Source: Entomortierella parvispora E1425 (Eukaryota; Fungi; Mortierellomycota). Taken from it: a DNA stretch of 64,000 bases. Positions 1 to 10,620 of the stretch are shown piece by piece (within the stretch, counting starts at the first letter, position 1; every line of letters starts with the position of its first letter). A program made the translations under genes and the position numbers. Where the stretch lies: NCBI GenBank assembly GCA_020891255.1, contig BQFW01000012.1, forward strand, positions 682,001-746,000. Reading direction: 5' to 3'. Under the pieces are notes generated by a model that ran no database searches, had not been told where the DNA came from, and worked only from the letters and a program-made list of their open reading frames with translations.

Positions 1-75
1 ATGAAACGTCGCTTAATCTATGCCCATCCTTAATTCCAACAATGCGGCTCATTTTTTTTTTCGTCATGTATTCAG

Positions 76-275
76 CCATTGGAGACAATCCCTATGCAGA
101 TATTGCTGGAGCCAATGCATATGGATGGAAGTCGCTGTTGGTCAAGACAGGAGTCTTCAAGCCCCAAGGCGATGAAAACCACCACATCCATCCTGCGACA
201 GCTGTGGTGGACAATGTTGAGGATGCCGTTCGATGGATTTTGTCCAAGGAAATCTTGAAACAACACCCTTTGTAA
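76..275 (+). CDS. Last exon of a HAD-superfamily subfamily IIA hydrolase (CECR5/HDHD5-like); gene starts before the window
   Basis: After the acceptor ttcag (AG at 74-75) the frame reads (A)IGDNPYADIAGANAYGWKSLLVKTGVF...ATAVVDNVEDAVRWIL, the HAD motif IV (GDNxxxDIxGA) typical of this family. Stop TAA at 273-275. Confidence 0.85.
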
Positions 276-449
276 ACTGAGATATCTCCCAGACTCTTTT
301 TTTTTCTTCTTTTTCTCGAGATGCTTTTCATGACTTTTTGCCCCTCCCCTCTCTGCCTTTTCTTCTTGCTCGGTATTCTGTACTTGTACGGTCATAGAGA
401 TACTTACGATAATACAGTCTAGACTTTTATTTTGTTTTGTGCTGCCCAA

Positions 450-3400
450 CTACACTAAAATAACATGACAGCTTGGTACAAGATTCTTGACATGGGTTTC
501 AAGAGCCATCAAAACGGGTCTTGTCACCAACGAGCCTTCAATCTTGATCTCTTTCAAAGCCAGTCCTGATGTTGTGGGCGTGTCTGCTGCTGCCGCCGTT
601 CCATCCTCCGTCACTTTCTCTTTGGTGTGTAAAGACGAAGGAGAGGTCAACGCCGCCAAATTATCAAAACAATTCAACAGCACCTTGACTTGTCCATCGG
701 ACAAATTCGTTCCTACCAGCACCAGTTTCCGCAATTTGTGATTTGTCGATCCTACTGCTGTAGTTATTTCAATCGTTGGTGGCTGCTGCTGTTGTGATGG
801 TGGCCGTGGCTGGAAAAGAGTCCAAAGGACTGCAGACCAGGCATCCTTCATAAAATCGAGATACCCGAGATAAACAGATTCGAGACGTGGGCTGCTTAGG
901 GGAATGAGGAGCCACTGGAGGTATGATTCTTGCATGGGGCAATGTATCGTGGTTGAGGCTTGGCCCTTATTGTTCAATGAAACAGGGGAAGGATCCGCCC
1001 GATTCCCAATCACCAGTTCCCGGAGTCGAGGCATGGAGACCACAGCCTCTGAAGCCGAGGTTACGAGAGACGGCACAGAACCAAGGGGGGGCGCGGAGGA
1101 TGATCTCCCACTGGTGACACTGTTACCGATGCTGCCGGCGGTGAAGGTGGTAGGCGGAAATGACCCTGAACGAACATCATGGGAGATAGACCGAGGAATG
1201 GACGAGGGCGATCGATGAGGTGGATTCAAGGGAAAAGACACACTGGGACTCCTGCCAAGTCCTGCGGTTGAGGAAACGATGCCTCCCATTGTATCCCGAG
1301 TCTTAGTTCCCATTGCAAACGTGATGAACTTTTCGTTGGATTCGTCAGAGCTCTTTGGCGGAGTCCATGTACTGTCGACATCAAGACGGTCTTCTCCAGC
1401 CCCACCTCCATCTCCTCCAGGTGCAATCGCCGCTGCTACTGTCACTGCAGCAATCCGTTGAGTGGTTGCAGCTGTCAAGTCCATCATGAGACCAGAGAGT
1501 CCGAACGCCGAGATTTGAAGCCTGGTGATCTGTGCACTGACCCGGAGAATAAACCGGGCAATCAAAGCATTCTGAGAGCCTGCGAACGCTGTTGCAGCTG
1601 CGGCCTTAGCAGCAGCTGGATCCTTGACCTTTCCGGTCGTTGTCGATGCTGACTGGGGCGGCTGCTGCTCTCGAAGAACAATAATATCGAGCTTCTCCAA
1701 GGTCGCCGCTGTAAGCCCAATTACTTTTGCCAATGAATCCATACTCTTCTCGTCCAACGAGGTGATATCCGCATGCAGACTCTGCAATCGCGAAGATACT
1801 ATATCCAGGGATCCTCCTACGCATTCAGGCACAATCGTTCTCAGCGGATTTTTTCGAGTCAAAATTCCTTGCTCCAGAGCCTTCAGGATCTCTTTCGAAA
1901 ACTTGAACCCAGGTGGGATCTTCTTTACAGCCCAACCAAACGATCGAAAGATAGCCTCCCGACCAAACGAATCGGCTCCTGTAAGTTCAAGCACAGTGGC
2001 TCTCGGATCCTGAACTCTGGCTGAGACCATACTGTTTCGTCCGCCAGTGTCTTTCAGTTCAACATGGAGGTAAGGGAATTGTCGATGGTGCTGCCGATGT
2101 TTCTTTTTCCTCTCTTCATCGCCCTCTAATTCATGTTCATGTCCATGCAGAGGCTGCTGATCGTGCTGGTGACGGCGAGCGGTAGAACAAAACGCACAAG
2201 GCTCGACAGATTCTTGAATGATCTCAAAAACCCTCGAGAGTTCTTCAACCCGACATTGAGCTCCAAACTCCACGAGGCTGTGCCTGCTCTTTTGGAAAAT
2301 CGATCTCAACTGACTCTCCTGTGAGGCCAGATCGACTTCATGACAGAGCGTCAGTTTCTGTAGTTGACTCGAATAGACAAAATCTGTGTAGGGTCGTTTG
2401 TTGGACGCGATGATGACGGACGAAATCTCAGCCTGGGGTTGTCGGATCAAAATATCAACTTGCTCTTGTTGGTGCTCATATTTTGGTCGCGATGGGGATG
2501 AAGCTGTCTGGGCGCTTGATGGCAAAGAGGAAGAGGAAAACGTGGATGACGCCGATGTGGATGACGATGGCGATGGGGTCGAGACTGGCTCGTTCACGCT
2601 CAGATACAGGGCCTCAAGTCGAATTTGTCGAAAGCCCATAGTTGCTCGGTGAACAAGATCAAACATCGCGTCTATATTGAGACACTGAAGTCCAAGGACA
2701 GTAAGTCGCTGGCATCGCCGGACCAGATCCTCCGTTCGGATTTGGTCCTGTTTCCAACTATCGCTCAATGTCGATCCCTGGATAAAGAGTGAACGCAGTT
2801 GAATCGAACCAGGGAGCCCCGGGATTAAAGGGCCTGGACCCCCAGGAGAAGTTGGACTCTCGGCCATGGTCGGAGGCAGTGGGGACGACGATGGCAAGGA
2901 CGTGGGTAGTGCAGACTTGCTTAACCGGCTCCAAAAGAAATCACATCGTTCTAGCGTCAAAGATTGAACTCGCGTATTGGCCATGATCTGCAAGATCGGA
3001 TCGAACCTTCTGTTCCGGTTCAAGAGATCCCTGGCAGGCCCTTGACTCTGACAAAGATCCAGTCTTAGACTCAGCACGTTCGTCTTTTGCAGAGCGTCCC
3101 GCAACATCCTCAAATCCTCTAATGTTGTCTCCCAATCCAGCGCTAGCATCAACTCATGAATGAACCGAGCTCGCTCCAGAGCCTCATAAAACTGTCGAGC
3201 CACAGTGGAGGAGAGTAACCGAATTCGGACAAAACCTCGGATCTCATCAAATTGTCCCCCATTCTGATTCAAGACCAAGTCCCGGAAAGGCCTCGTCCAT
3301 GACTCTCGATAGGTCGATCGAAAGTGGTCCAGACAGACCCACTTCACATGCCCCTGTGCTGTCACAATCCGGTAGAGATTCCCGAGGACCTTGGACTCAT

Positions 3401-5441
3401 CCTTGTTCCTGAGAAAAGTGCTCAAATGTCGAAGATCTGCACCTTCCAAAGCTTCCAATGCATGAACTTGGTTCTCTCTTTGATGTTGCCACTCCTTTCC
3501 TGCCCGACTCTGAATAGTCGCTCGGTCCACGATCCCTTCTGTGTCACTGTCCAGTCGAGTCCCGTCAAATCCAACTGTGGCCAAGGCTTCCAAATATTGG
3601 ATTGCAACATCCACCTTGGGTTCTAATTGACTGGTCGCGAAATTCAGCCCCTGCTCGACTTTCTCGATTCCTTCCGTCACTTTCCAATGAGCCAGAGGGG
3701 GAACGACTATCTCAGCAGCCATGACACCGTATTTGAGCATTTGAAGCAATGTCAAGATGTGAGGCCCATACTTTTGGAAAAACTCTGTTGGCCTTTCCAG
3801 ATCATAGCCCTCGTGTTTGGCTAGGTGGATATGATGACTTTGGGTCACCCTTGGGGAGACAACTCTATGCCCATGGATAGTATAGCTGTCGTTGCTCTGC
3901 TGACTATCCTTGGAGACGGTTGCAGTTGATGAAGACGTAGACGAAGATGAAAATGAGGTCATGGTTGTAGATGATCGAAAACTCGAGCTAGACAGTGTGG
4001 AAGTTGAGGAGGATATGCCGGGCTCGGATATTGTATGATGATGACGTTGCTGCTGTTGACGTTTCTGAGTACGAAAGCGTTGCATAGGCGTCCAAGAATC
4101 CACTCCTGTATCAATCTCGTCTTCAGCACTACCACCATTGCTGCTGTACTCCTCACCGCGAGTATGCTCGCCACACTCACACAAGAAATAAAGCTTAAAG
4201 CTCTCCGAGAATGGCTTCCATAGTCGATCCCGTCGTCTTTGGTCCGCGACAACGGGCAACACGATGAATAGTCTTGGGATCGGGTATTCATGCAGCTCGT
4301 ACGTCTGTGTAAGGACCGCCCGTACCTGGCTTTGGATCATAGCCAGTCTGTCCAGACTTTGCTCCTGTATTCGAAGAATACGCTGTTGAACCTCTGCTGC
4401 TGTCTCCTGTCGATCCAGGACCTCCCTCTGAAGAGCCTCATTCCGATAGAGATCCTCCTGAATGGTATGAAGTGAGTCCTGGATAGCCTGATGGATTGTC
4501 GCTGCATGATGAGAAGAGTCCGTTTGAATCGCCTCCAAGAGATGCCGTTGTTGTGGCTGCAGCAGCTGATGACTTTTTTCGGGGCCGCCTTCGCTGTGGC
4601 CATGAGATTCTTGGGCTGAATACGTGACGGATGTCGTAGAAACGATACCCATGCTCAGGTCAGCAAAAGAGGCCATATATTGATCTTGAGAAGTTTCTTC
4701 GTTTGACTCCGAGGGGGTGTCCAATACGTCTACACTGCCACTGATGACCGCTATATCTTGCATTGGCACCCATGCAGGACGGGGTGCAAGCGCGGGAGGA
4801 GCCAACGGTATCGGCGGGGTTGGTTCTGGTGTAACCTCCAGTCCCACTGCTGCTCCCGCTCCCGCCCTTGATTCTTCCGATGTTGCTGCTGAGGGTGGTA
4901 TTGCTACATCTGCCGATATCGCAGCCTGTTCTGGAGATGTTTGCAGCAGCGTTGAAGGCGGCGACAGCATTGAGGGCGAATGGATCGACAAGAAACTGAC
5001 AGATGCATTCAGAGACTGTCCTGGAATAGGGGTGAGCGGTCGAGGATCATACAGGTGTTGGAGTGCAGTTTGCTGCGTGGGATCCTTCAAGACGACCTCC
5101 AAGACAACACCAGGATAACATCGAATGCACCATGGCTCGATTCTACTTGTCGTGATAGCACAGAGCGTCAGTGTAAATGAAATGACTAAGGGCCTGCTCT
5201 TGGGAAAGAGAAGAGTTGTTGCCTTTTTTTTATACCTTCTCTTCTTTGAATCTCGTGCGAACGAGATGGCAATATCCTCGTGCCGAACACAGTGAATCCC
5301 TGGGAACTGAAACTCGATGTCTTCCCAGTAGATGACTCTTTGCCCCGTCTCGTCATCAATCAGGGCCTCGATCCTGATCACCGGTCCGTCCTGTCCGATC
5401 CTGAACGATTGATATTCTTCTTCAGCAGGAATGCCATCCAT
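450..5441 (-). CDS. Large lineage-specific protein (about 1630 aa): N-terminal domain, coiled coil, PRLFIVLP/CEC/HEGY/WVCxxH core, degenerate LRR-like C-terminus (family member 1)
   Basis: The ORF track start at 5486 is TTG; the first ATG is at 5441 (MDGIPAEEE). One GT-AG intron at 5143-5235 (93 nt) joins ...ARDSKKRR|IEPWCIRCYPGVVLEVV. Core motifs YELHEYPIPRLFIVLP, LYFLCECGEH, HLAKHEGY, LEGADLR, LGNLYR, GHVKWVCLDH. Later LxxLxL segments (VLSLRLDL, VQSLTLERC, LRSLFI, LTVLGL, LEKLDI, LESVYL, LRKLVL). Confidence 0.8.
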   Translation of the reverse strand: MDGIPAEEEYQSFRIGQDGPVIRIEALIDDETGQRVIYWEDIEFQFPGIHCVRHEDIAISFARDSKKRRYKKKATTLLFPKSRPLVISFTLTLCAITTSRIEPWCIRCYPGVVLEVVLKDPTQQTALQHLYDPRPLTPIPGQSLNASVSFLSIHSPSMLSPPSTLLQTSPEQAAISADVAIPPSAATSEESRAGAGAAVGLEVTPEPTPPIPLAPPALAPRPAWVPMQDIAVISGSVDVLDTPSESNEETSQDQYMASFADLSMGIVSTTSVTYSAQESHGHSEGGPEKSHQLLQPQQRHLLEAIQTDSSHHAATIHQAIQDSLHTIQEDLYRNEALQREVLDRQETAAEVQQRILRIQEQSLDRLAMIQSQVRAVLTQTYELHEYPIPRLFIVLPVVADQRRRDRLWKPFSESFKLYFLCECGEHTRGEEYSSNGGSAEDEIDTGVDSWTPMQRFRTQKRQQQQRHHHTISEPGISSSTSTLSSSSFRSSTTMTSFSSSSTSSSTATVSKDSQQSNDSYTIHGHRVVSPRVTQSHHIHLAKHEGYDLERPTEFFQKYGPHILTLLQMLKYGVMAAEIVVPPLAHWKVTEGIEKVEQGLNFATSQLEPKVDVAIQYLEALATVGFDGTRLDSDTEGIVDRATIQSRAGKEWQHQRENQVHALEALEGADLRHLSTFLRNKDESKVLGNLYRIVTAQGHVKWVCLDHFRSTYRESWTRPFRDLVLNQNGGQFDEIRGFVRIRLLSSTVARQFYEALERARFIHELMLALDWETTLEDLRMLRDALQKTNVLSLRLDLCQSQGPARDLLNRNRRFDPILQIMANTRVQSLTLERCDFFWSRLSKSALPTSLPSSSPLPPTMAESPTSPGGPGPLIPGLPGSIQLRSLFIQGSTLSDSWKQDQIRTEDLVRRCQRLTVLGLQCLNIDAMFDLVHRATMGFRQIRLEALYLSVNEPVSTPSPSSSTSASSTFSSSSLPSSAQTASSPSRPKYEHQQEQVDILIRQPQAEISSVIIASNKRPYTDFVYSSQLQKLTLCHEVDLASQESQLRSIFQKSRHSLVEFGAQCRVEELSRVFEIIQESVEPCAFCSTARRHQHDQQPLHGHEHELEGDEERKKKHRQHHRQFPYLHVELKDTGGRNSMVSARVQDPRATVLELTGADSFGREAIFRSFGWAVKKIPPGFKFSKEILKALEQGILTRKNPLRTIVPECVGGSLDIVSSRLQSLHADITSLDEKSMDSLAKVIGLTAATLEKLDIIVLREQQPPQSASTTTGKVKDPAAAKAAAATAFAGSQNALIARFILRVSAQITRLQISAFGLSGLMMDLTAATTQRIAAVTVAAAIAPGGDGGGAGEDRLDVDSTWTPPKSSDESNEKFITFAMGTKTRDTMGGIVSSTAGLGRSPSVSFPLNPPHRSPSSIPRSISHDVRSGSFPPTTFTAGSIGNSVTSGRSSSAPPLGSVPSLVTSASEAVVSMPRLRELVIGNRADPSPVSLNNKGQASTTIHCPMQESYLQWLLIPLSSPRLESVYLGYLDFMKDAWSAVLWTLFQPRPPSQQQQPPTIEITTAVGSTNHKLRKLVLVGTNLSDGQVKVLLNCFDNLAALTSPSSLHTKEKVTEDGTAAAADTPTTSGLALKEIKIEGSLVTRPVLMALETHVKNLVPSCHVILV

Positions 5442-6010
5442 ACTAGATTCCACCTGGGGCCTCCTCTGCGACAGAGAGAGTTGCAAAGAGTATGAAAGGT
5501 AAGGGGAGAGACGGCCAATAACGATACTGCCAAACGTGCGAAATGGTGCCTGGTTGTCTTCTCAAAAGGGGGTGGGTGCTGATGACTGGGCGGAGGGGGA
5601 GAATAATTTTAAGAAGGAAGGAAAGAAAAAAGAGAATCAGTGGTTTTTGTGTCCATCCCCCTCGCCGCCCTCCCTGGCAAGGAGTGGACATCCCTCTTGC
5701 TCTCAACTTTTTCTTTCTTTTTTTTCCAGGTCAGAAGGCGCTCGCAGAAAAAAAAAGACTCGATCTACGGTTTTCAGTGTTTACTACTGCTGACAAAGTG
5801 CAAGCTGAGAGCTGCCAATATCAGGGATATGCGAAGAGGATGATGAAAAAGACTACTATACATGGTAACTTGGAATACAGAAAAAACAGGAAAAGGTTGT
5901 GCTTCTAATACTCGGGTGTGGGGTGAAATGAATGAAGACGAAAGAGGACGACAATGAAATGAGAAGAGGCAGAATAAACCAAAAAAAAAAGAGCTCCATC
6001 CAGTGAATGC

Positions 6011-7740
6011 TTATCCGAATCGATGCAAGATGGCCTCATAACAGAAGAACATGATGGCGGCGTTGGGAACAACACGCATCATGTGTGCCGTCAATCCTCC
6101 GTAAAGAGCAGCAACGCCCTCTTCCTTGAGAACGAGCTGGAAGGTCTGCTTCAATCCTGTGTATTTTGGTGCCTCGTTACCGACGGGGACTTGACGCAGA
6201 CGGGTTCTGAGAACCTCATGAGGATAAGTGATTGCAGAGGCAATGAATTTTGCTGCTCCAGCTGCGCCCAAGAATTCAACCCACTCTTCAATATCCTTGC
6301 CGCCGATCATATATCCTTGCGATGCACTGGAGCCGTTCAAACGGCGTCTTTCTTTAAGGGACGTCTTCAGCTTCTCATAAATGACCCACTGAATGGTTCC
6401 TTCCGCCACACCAAGGTAGGAGGCGCTCAGTCCACGGTACATTCCACGGATACCTTCGGTCTTCAAGATCTGGTACACGCAATCCAAGCTGTTCTTGTAC
6501 TGTCGAACACCCTCAACCTGCAGCTGCATCCTAGTTTTGACCAACCAAATTGGGTTGGTCATAGTTGCTGTGACAACTCCAGCTGTGGCTGCGGAGGAAA
6601 GGTGGACAATAGCAGTCTCTTTGCCGTTGTTCAGGTCCGTGTAGAATTTTTTGCCGTTTCCATAAGTTGCAAAGTTAATCGCCCTGTCGAGTTCAGGAAA
6701 CAATGTTTTAGAACGATCGATGACGGTGGAGCAATTCTGAACCCGTCCATGTTTGCTAACGTGTGTTTACCTTGCTGGAATAACGCCTACCAAGTTAGGT
6801 CCCAGTCCCTTGTAGAGCGCACGGGGTCCTTCGTGTCTGTAGATATGACTAAGTAAGACGATGGCGATGCGGGTTAGAGGTTATCTAATTGAATCGAACG
6901 CAGCCTGCGGTCTCTGATGTGTCACTGCATGATCCGTCGCTGATGATGCGGCAAGTCATACCCAAGGAAAAGGCAGGTGTCTTTAATATGCCCAGCCACT
7001 GCTGAGATTCCTGTCCTGGGAACGACTGTCGAGGACTGTGACGAATGGTATAAGGATGACTATCGATGGGGAACAGGGAGATGGAAAAAGGGGATCGGCG
7101 CACAGGGAGATTCGGGTTAGTTACGACCATTGTTCCAGACGCCCCTGAAGGGAGCCCCTTCATGTTGCAAAGATATGTAGTTTGTCGTCGACATCGTGAC
7201 TACTTGCATACCTGGAGGCGAGTCTTGACAACGTCAAGAGGCGAGGTGACCAAAGCGCCTACCATGCCACCCGTTCTGAAGACAGAGAGGACAGAAAAGG
7301 CAAGGTCAGCAGCAGCAACAAACAAAACAAATCAAAGAATCTGGCGGCTAGATTATTTTTCGGATCCTCCAAAAAGAGGGGAGGGGACACACAACAACCG
7401 GGGGGGAGGAGGCTCGTGCAGGGTGTGGGTCAGCCAAGAATGCTTACCCTCCAGCCAGGAAGTGGACCCAAGAGAACTGGATTCCGGCAAAGCGCTTCTG
7501 GGCAGGTTCGGCCACGGCAGCTGCAACGGAGGCAGAAGAGGAAGTAGTTGAAGCCATCATAGCGGCACCTGCAGTGCCAGAGACGGACTCGGAAGAGGGT
7601 CCGGAGAAGGAAGGTGAACGAGACTGCTGCTTCTGCTGCAGCTGTGAAAGAGTGGAGGAGGTGGCGGAGGTAGAGGGGAGGATGGAAGGGAGGATCATTG
7701 AATTGGATCGGGTGGCAGCAGCCGCACTGGAGGCACTCAT
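6011..7740 (-). CDS. RIM2: Mitochondrial carrier, pyrimidine nucleotide transporter (RIM2/SLC25A33-36 family), multi-exon
   Basis: ATG at 7740. Exon 1 ends WVHFLAGG|GTAAG (intron starts 7447) and the next exon reads TGGMVGALVTSPLDVVKTRLQ. The last exon has RAINFATYGNGK, TNPIWLVKTRMQLQ, TYPHEVLRTRLRQ and GLYGGLTAHMMRVVPNAAIMF. Three PxxxxKxRxQ carrier signatures. Stop TAA at 6013-6011. Confidence 0.9.
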
Positions 7741-8455
7741 GGTGGTATGGTTGATTGTTGTGCGGAGAATGGGACTGAAGGTCGGGAGAGGTAGCAATCA
7801 ACAGGAATCAGTTGTCCAAGGGAGGATGTAAGAGCAAGAGGACAAGGACAGGACAGAAAGAGGCGGAAGCAGGTCAGCAATGAAGGGCGATCAGCATGGA
7901 CTTGTGAAGAGAATAGGAGAAGGAGAGGAGGAAAGGTAAGGGAGACAAGTCCGACCTTCAGTCTGCTTGCTTGCTTGTGACCTGGGCGTTCTCTGCTTGC
8001 CTCTCTTTCTTTTTCCTTTCCCAGGGGGATTTGTTTACGTGTGACTGCCTGGAATCCGCCACCAATTTTTTTTTTTTTGGATGTTCTGCGGAGAGTCAAA
8101 TGCAAATGCACGCCTCGCTTGCGTCCATCCTCACGTCCCACAAGCGAACGGGCCTGCCTTGACGAACCGCAACTGTGCCCAGCGCCTCGTCTTAGAGCGG
8201 CTCTCCGTCCTCCGTCCTCCGGAAGTCATCCCCAGTGTGGCCAATGTGGACAGCTGGGCGTCTGATTGTGCAACTGCTCCACTCTTGGTTGCGCTCTCAC
8301 GCCGTCATCAAATAATTGCCTGGTTCAAAGTTTGTCGCGAGTAACTGCGGGTGGCTTGCAGCTATAAGAACCGCAGGAAGAAAACTACCTTCCCATCTTC
8401 TTTCCAACACTACCTGCTTTCCCTCATCCTCTTCTGTCTGTGCCATATTGACGCT

Positions 8456-10361
8456 ATGACTTTGAGCAAGCCTCACCATTCATCCCCACCCTCCATGTTG
8501 TATCCACACCCCGTCTTTGGCGAAACGCGAATGCGTCCTGATAGAATCGACCTTGGCGACGGTCTGCTGTTGCGATGGTCCACCAAGAACGATGAAGCCA
8601 ATGTGGCTTCACTCATGGCCGACATCTTTATGGTAGGTCACTCTGTTTTTCTGAGTTCGGTTCACAATGCATATCACTCTGAACTCACTGAGAGTCATCT
8701 CTTCCAAATCACTGACTCCAGTGGGAAACCCCTACCCCTGTTGAAGACGAACTTCCAGGTCGCAATGAATTTGTCCGTGCATTAGTTGTAAGTATAGACC
8801 CTCATGATTGTTGTGTTGTGTTTTTTTATTTGGCCAAGGCTTATTGACTTTGTGTTCCATTGGGATCTTTTTTTAGCATCGGTGCTTCCGAGATGATTGT
8901 CGCGTTACGACGGCGTTTGACTTTGCCTTAGTCGAGGACACAAAAGCACCAAAGGACCAGAACCCTATCGTTGCAGGGATGACTCTTCAACAGCTTCCCG
9001 GATACTTTGGAAAGGTCAACCTCTCTTACGGTATATCTGAGATTGTCGCGACCCATCCAGGTATCCTCTCTCAAAAAAAAAAAAAAAAAAAAAAAAAGGC
9101 AAATTCATACAAATGCCAGTCATGATCTCTGATACTCGCTGCTCCCTTGAACATAATAGACTATCGTAGCAAGGGCCTCATTCGACACCTGTACTTAAAC
9201 CTGTTGCACCCTGCCTCGGATTTACGTGGCGATGTGGTCCAGTTCGTTGCAGGTATCCCTCACTTCTATCGTCAATTTGGATACGAGTATGCGATCGGCG
9301 TCCCCGAAGTGCGTAAAGTCAACGATCTCGCCATGATTCCTCCCCAGCCCGAGCAGGAGACTATTGAGAAAGGAGGAGTAGGTGAACCTTTCACACTGAG
9401 GAATCCTACTCTGGACGACCTTCCTTATCTCATGAAGATGAGCACCCCTGCCAAGATGCTGAATCACTCAGAGCTTGGCCTTTTGTATGATGAGGCGTAC
9501 TGGCAATTCTGGCTCCATGATGCCCTTGTCAACGCAACATATCCTACAGATATAAATCGCGACCACTGGATCATTGTTGACGGAAAGACTGGGAAGGATT
9601 GCGGAGCAGTTACCGCCTTTGGACACGGTAAACCAAGGATGACCCTGGGTATGTTTGTGCTGGAGGAAGGCTACAACTATAGAGACGCCATGTACCCTGT
9701 CCTACGACAGATGATTGCAAACGGCAACGGTCCAACGGTTTGGGAGTTGAAGCAAACGACCAACGAGTCGGCCCTGGGATCCTCTGATAAGAAAAGGATT
9801 AAAGCTCTGTGCATTGCGCTGGACCCAGAGCACCCGATCAACAAGCTTCTCGAGTCCTCAACTACCTTGATAGCCAATAACTTCAAGATGTACACCCGCA
9901 TTCGATCCTATGCAAAGTTCATCCTTAAAGTCGCGTCTGTTCTGGAGGACCGATTAGCCAAATCCTGTCTTGCAGACATCACGGTGATATGGCACTTCGA
10001 CTTTTTCCGCAGGATCGAGGGATCCACTGGGAAAGGACTCGAAATCGTCTTTGAGTCTGGCAAGATTGTCTCTGCGTCCGATAATTGGGTCCCTCTCAGT
10101 CCTCACGAGAAGATGATGGCTGCTCGAGAACGGATTGCCAAGGCCAAGGAGGAGCAGCGTCCTGATATCAAACCATTGGTGTACGAAGCTCAGTTTGCCC
10201 CTTTGACGTTCACTCGACTGTTGGTTGGAGACCTGACGATGGATCAGATGATGAGTATGTATGTGGAGTGCAGTGTCAAAGAAGGAGGAGATCATGCAAA
10301 AATGATGCTGGATATCCTCTTTCCCAAGCAACAATTCCATTTCGACATCTACCCTTGGTAA
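8456..10361 (+). CDS. GNAT-family N-acetyltransferase-like protein with bacterial-type sequence; 4 exons
   Basis: Exons 8456-8632, 8722-8787, 8877-9060 and 9160-10361 splice in frame with GT-AG ends. The product includes DLGDGLLLRWST, FDFALVEDT, EIVATHP-DYRSKGLIR (acetyl-CoA motif A, RxxGx) and GIPHFYRQFGYEYA (motif B). Confidence 0.75.
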
Positions 10362-10620
10362 AGGCGGCTGGATTACTGTCTGACCACAAATAAATGATCG
10401 CAAACCAAAAAAGTGACGTGGTGAAACGGGAAGTGAGGGTAGGGAGAAAAAGAGGCAAGGAGGGCAAGGGGCGAGAAGGTTTTCTTCTTTCTTTCTTTCT
10501 TCCTCATTGTCTCTTCATAATCACTGCCCATCGCCTGTCAGGACTTACTCTTTAGCTCATCCGCACGCAGGAACAGGCAAACCAACTGCTAGAAATCACT
10601 ATACATCTTCACCACTCATA

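Noticed and set aside
6023-6856. 277-aa + strand ORF
   Set aside because: It is antisense to the RIM2 coding exons. The other long ORFs antisense to RNR2, DIB1, GlyRS and RPC2 were rejected for the same reason.
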